DNA from: Mytilus trossulus | Lineage: Eukaryota | Length of the DNA: 64,000 nt | Direction: 5' to 3' | Assembly: GCF_036588685.1 (NCBI RefSeq) | Contig: NC_086373.1 | Location: 42,098,001-42,162,000, forward strand | Part shown: positions 63,234-64,000 of the stretch, piece after piece | Layout: each line of letters starts with the position of its first letter | Position numbering within the stretch: position 1 is the stretch's first letter | Made by a program: the position numbers and the translations under genes | The notes under the pieces: generated by a model | The model's database searches: none | What the model saw: only the letters and a program-made list of their open reading frames with translations | What the model was told of the DNA's origin: nothing

Positions 63234-63713
63234 TTAGGACAAGCTACCAGATACAGTACCACTTGTTTGTTGATTCGTTGTTGTTATAAGTGCGGTTCGG
63301 TTCGTTTTTCGACATCTGCATTTTAATTGACAGCGCGCATCTTCGATACTTAAAATATATATGAAGGGGTCTACCAAAGGATTGAGCAAAAGGAAATTGT
63401 TTAAGGCTTTAATGATGTCCTCATTGAGAGTGTCCGTAATGTTGGCATAAAGACCATAGAGAGTCCTGGGTAAAACTGAAACTGCTGTAACGATAATGAT
63501 ACATCCTAGGGTAATCATGTTATAGCGCATTCGCATTGCAGCCTTCTTTCTCTGCTGACGTTGCAAGTCACTCAAGTTTGCGTTTGCATTAACCTGCCGC
63601 CGATCGCGAACTATTCTCAAAATGACACCGAGATAACAAAAAGCAATTATTGCAACATATAATGCATTCGGAATATCTCCATATAGGAGATAACGTTTCA
63701 AATGTGTCACAAT
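63234..63713 (-). CDS. Rhodopsin-like (class A) GPCR, C-terminal part (TM5-TM7 and tail); last exon or pseudogene fragment
   Basis: Hydrophobic TM5 (ALYVAIIAFCYLGVIL), basic ICL3, TM6 (TLGCIIIVTAVSVLP), TM7 LNPLVDPFIY (NPxxY variant), Cys/basic tail. Preceded on the minus strand by TAG at 63714-63716, which is either a splice acceptor or a stop codon. Confidence 0.8.
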   Translation of the reverse strand: MVTHLKRYLLYGDIPNALYVAIIAFCYLGVILRIVRDRRQVNANANLSDLQRQQRKKAAMRMRYNMITLGCIIIVTAVSVLPRTLYGLYANITDTLNEDIIKALNNFLLLNPLVDPFIYILSIEDARCQLKCRCRKTNRTALITTTNQQTSGTVSGSLS

Positions 63714-64000
63714 CTAGATTGCACGTGTATTAAGTAAAAATGCCAAAAAATACATCTTACAATTAACAATTATAATTGTATAATGAATCAAATAGAAAAT
63801 GGAAACGGGTAATGTGTCAAAGAGTCAACAACCCGACAAAAGGTCAACAAAAAAACACCACGAGGTCACCAATGGGTCTTCAATACAGCAAGAAAATCCA
63901 ACGCATGAAGATGGGTTTCAGCTGGACCCTAAACATTGTACAGTCAGAAAACTGACCCCGGTCTGACCCTATTTATTAAAGCAACAATGAAAGTCATGTG

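Overview
AT-rich, intron-rich animal genomic DNA. The repeat content suggests a bivalve mollusc, probably a Mytilus-like mussel (inference). Manual exon reconstruction gives four gene loci. (1) A tandem pair of ADP-ribosylglycohydrolase genes: a pseudogenised copy at ~920-8877 and an intact 8-exon copy at 10383-20798 (363 aa). (2) A ~30 kb ankyrin-repeat gene (28280-57884) in which every intron is phase 0. Its central linker is built from 8 frame-symmetric microexons of 9-39 nt, with a possible ninth further downstream. It ends in three tandem, paralogous alternative last exons, each with a different CaaX prenylation box (CVIS, CDIL, CSVL), a candidate splice-controlled farnesyl/geranylgeranyl switch and the most striking system here. 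(3) The TM5-TM7 end of a class A GPCR on the minus strand. The rest is mostly repeats: minimal type I hammerhead ribozyme (retrozyme/Penelope-associated) repeats, a ~3 kb foldback element with ~730 bp TIRs and a 9-bp TSD plus a miniature relative, Helentron/HINE, Helitron, Harbinger-, Tc1- and hAT-like MITEs, Penelope-like and CR1 fragments, a Deu/Nin-type SINE and a decayed DNA transposase. Most short ORFs in the supplied track are spurious or are exons running into introns. All splice models are predictions without transcript data.
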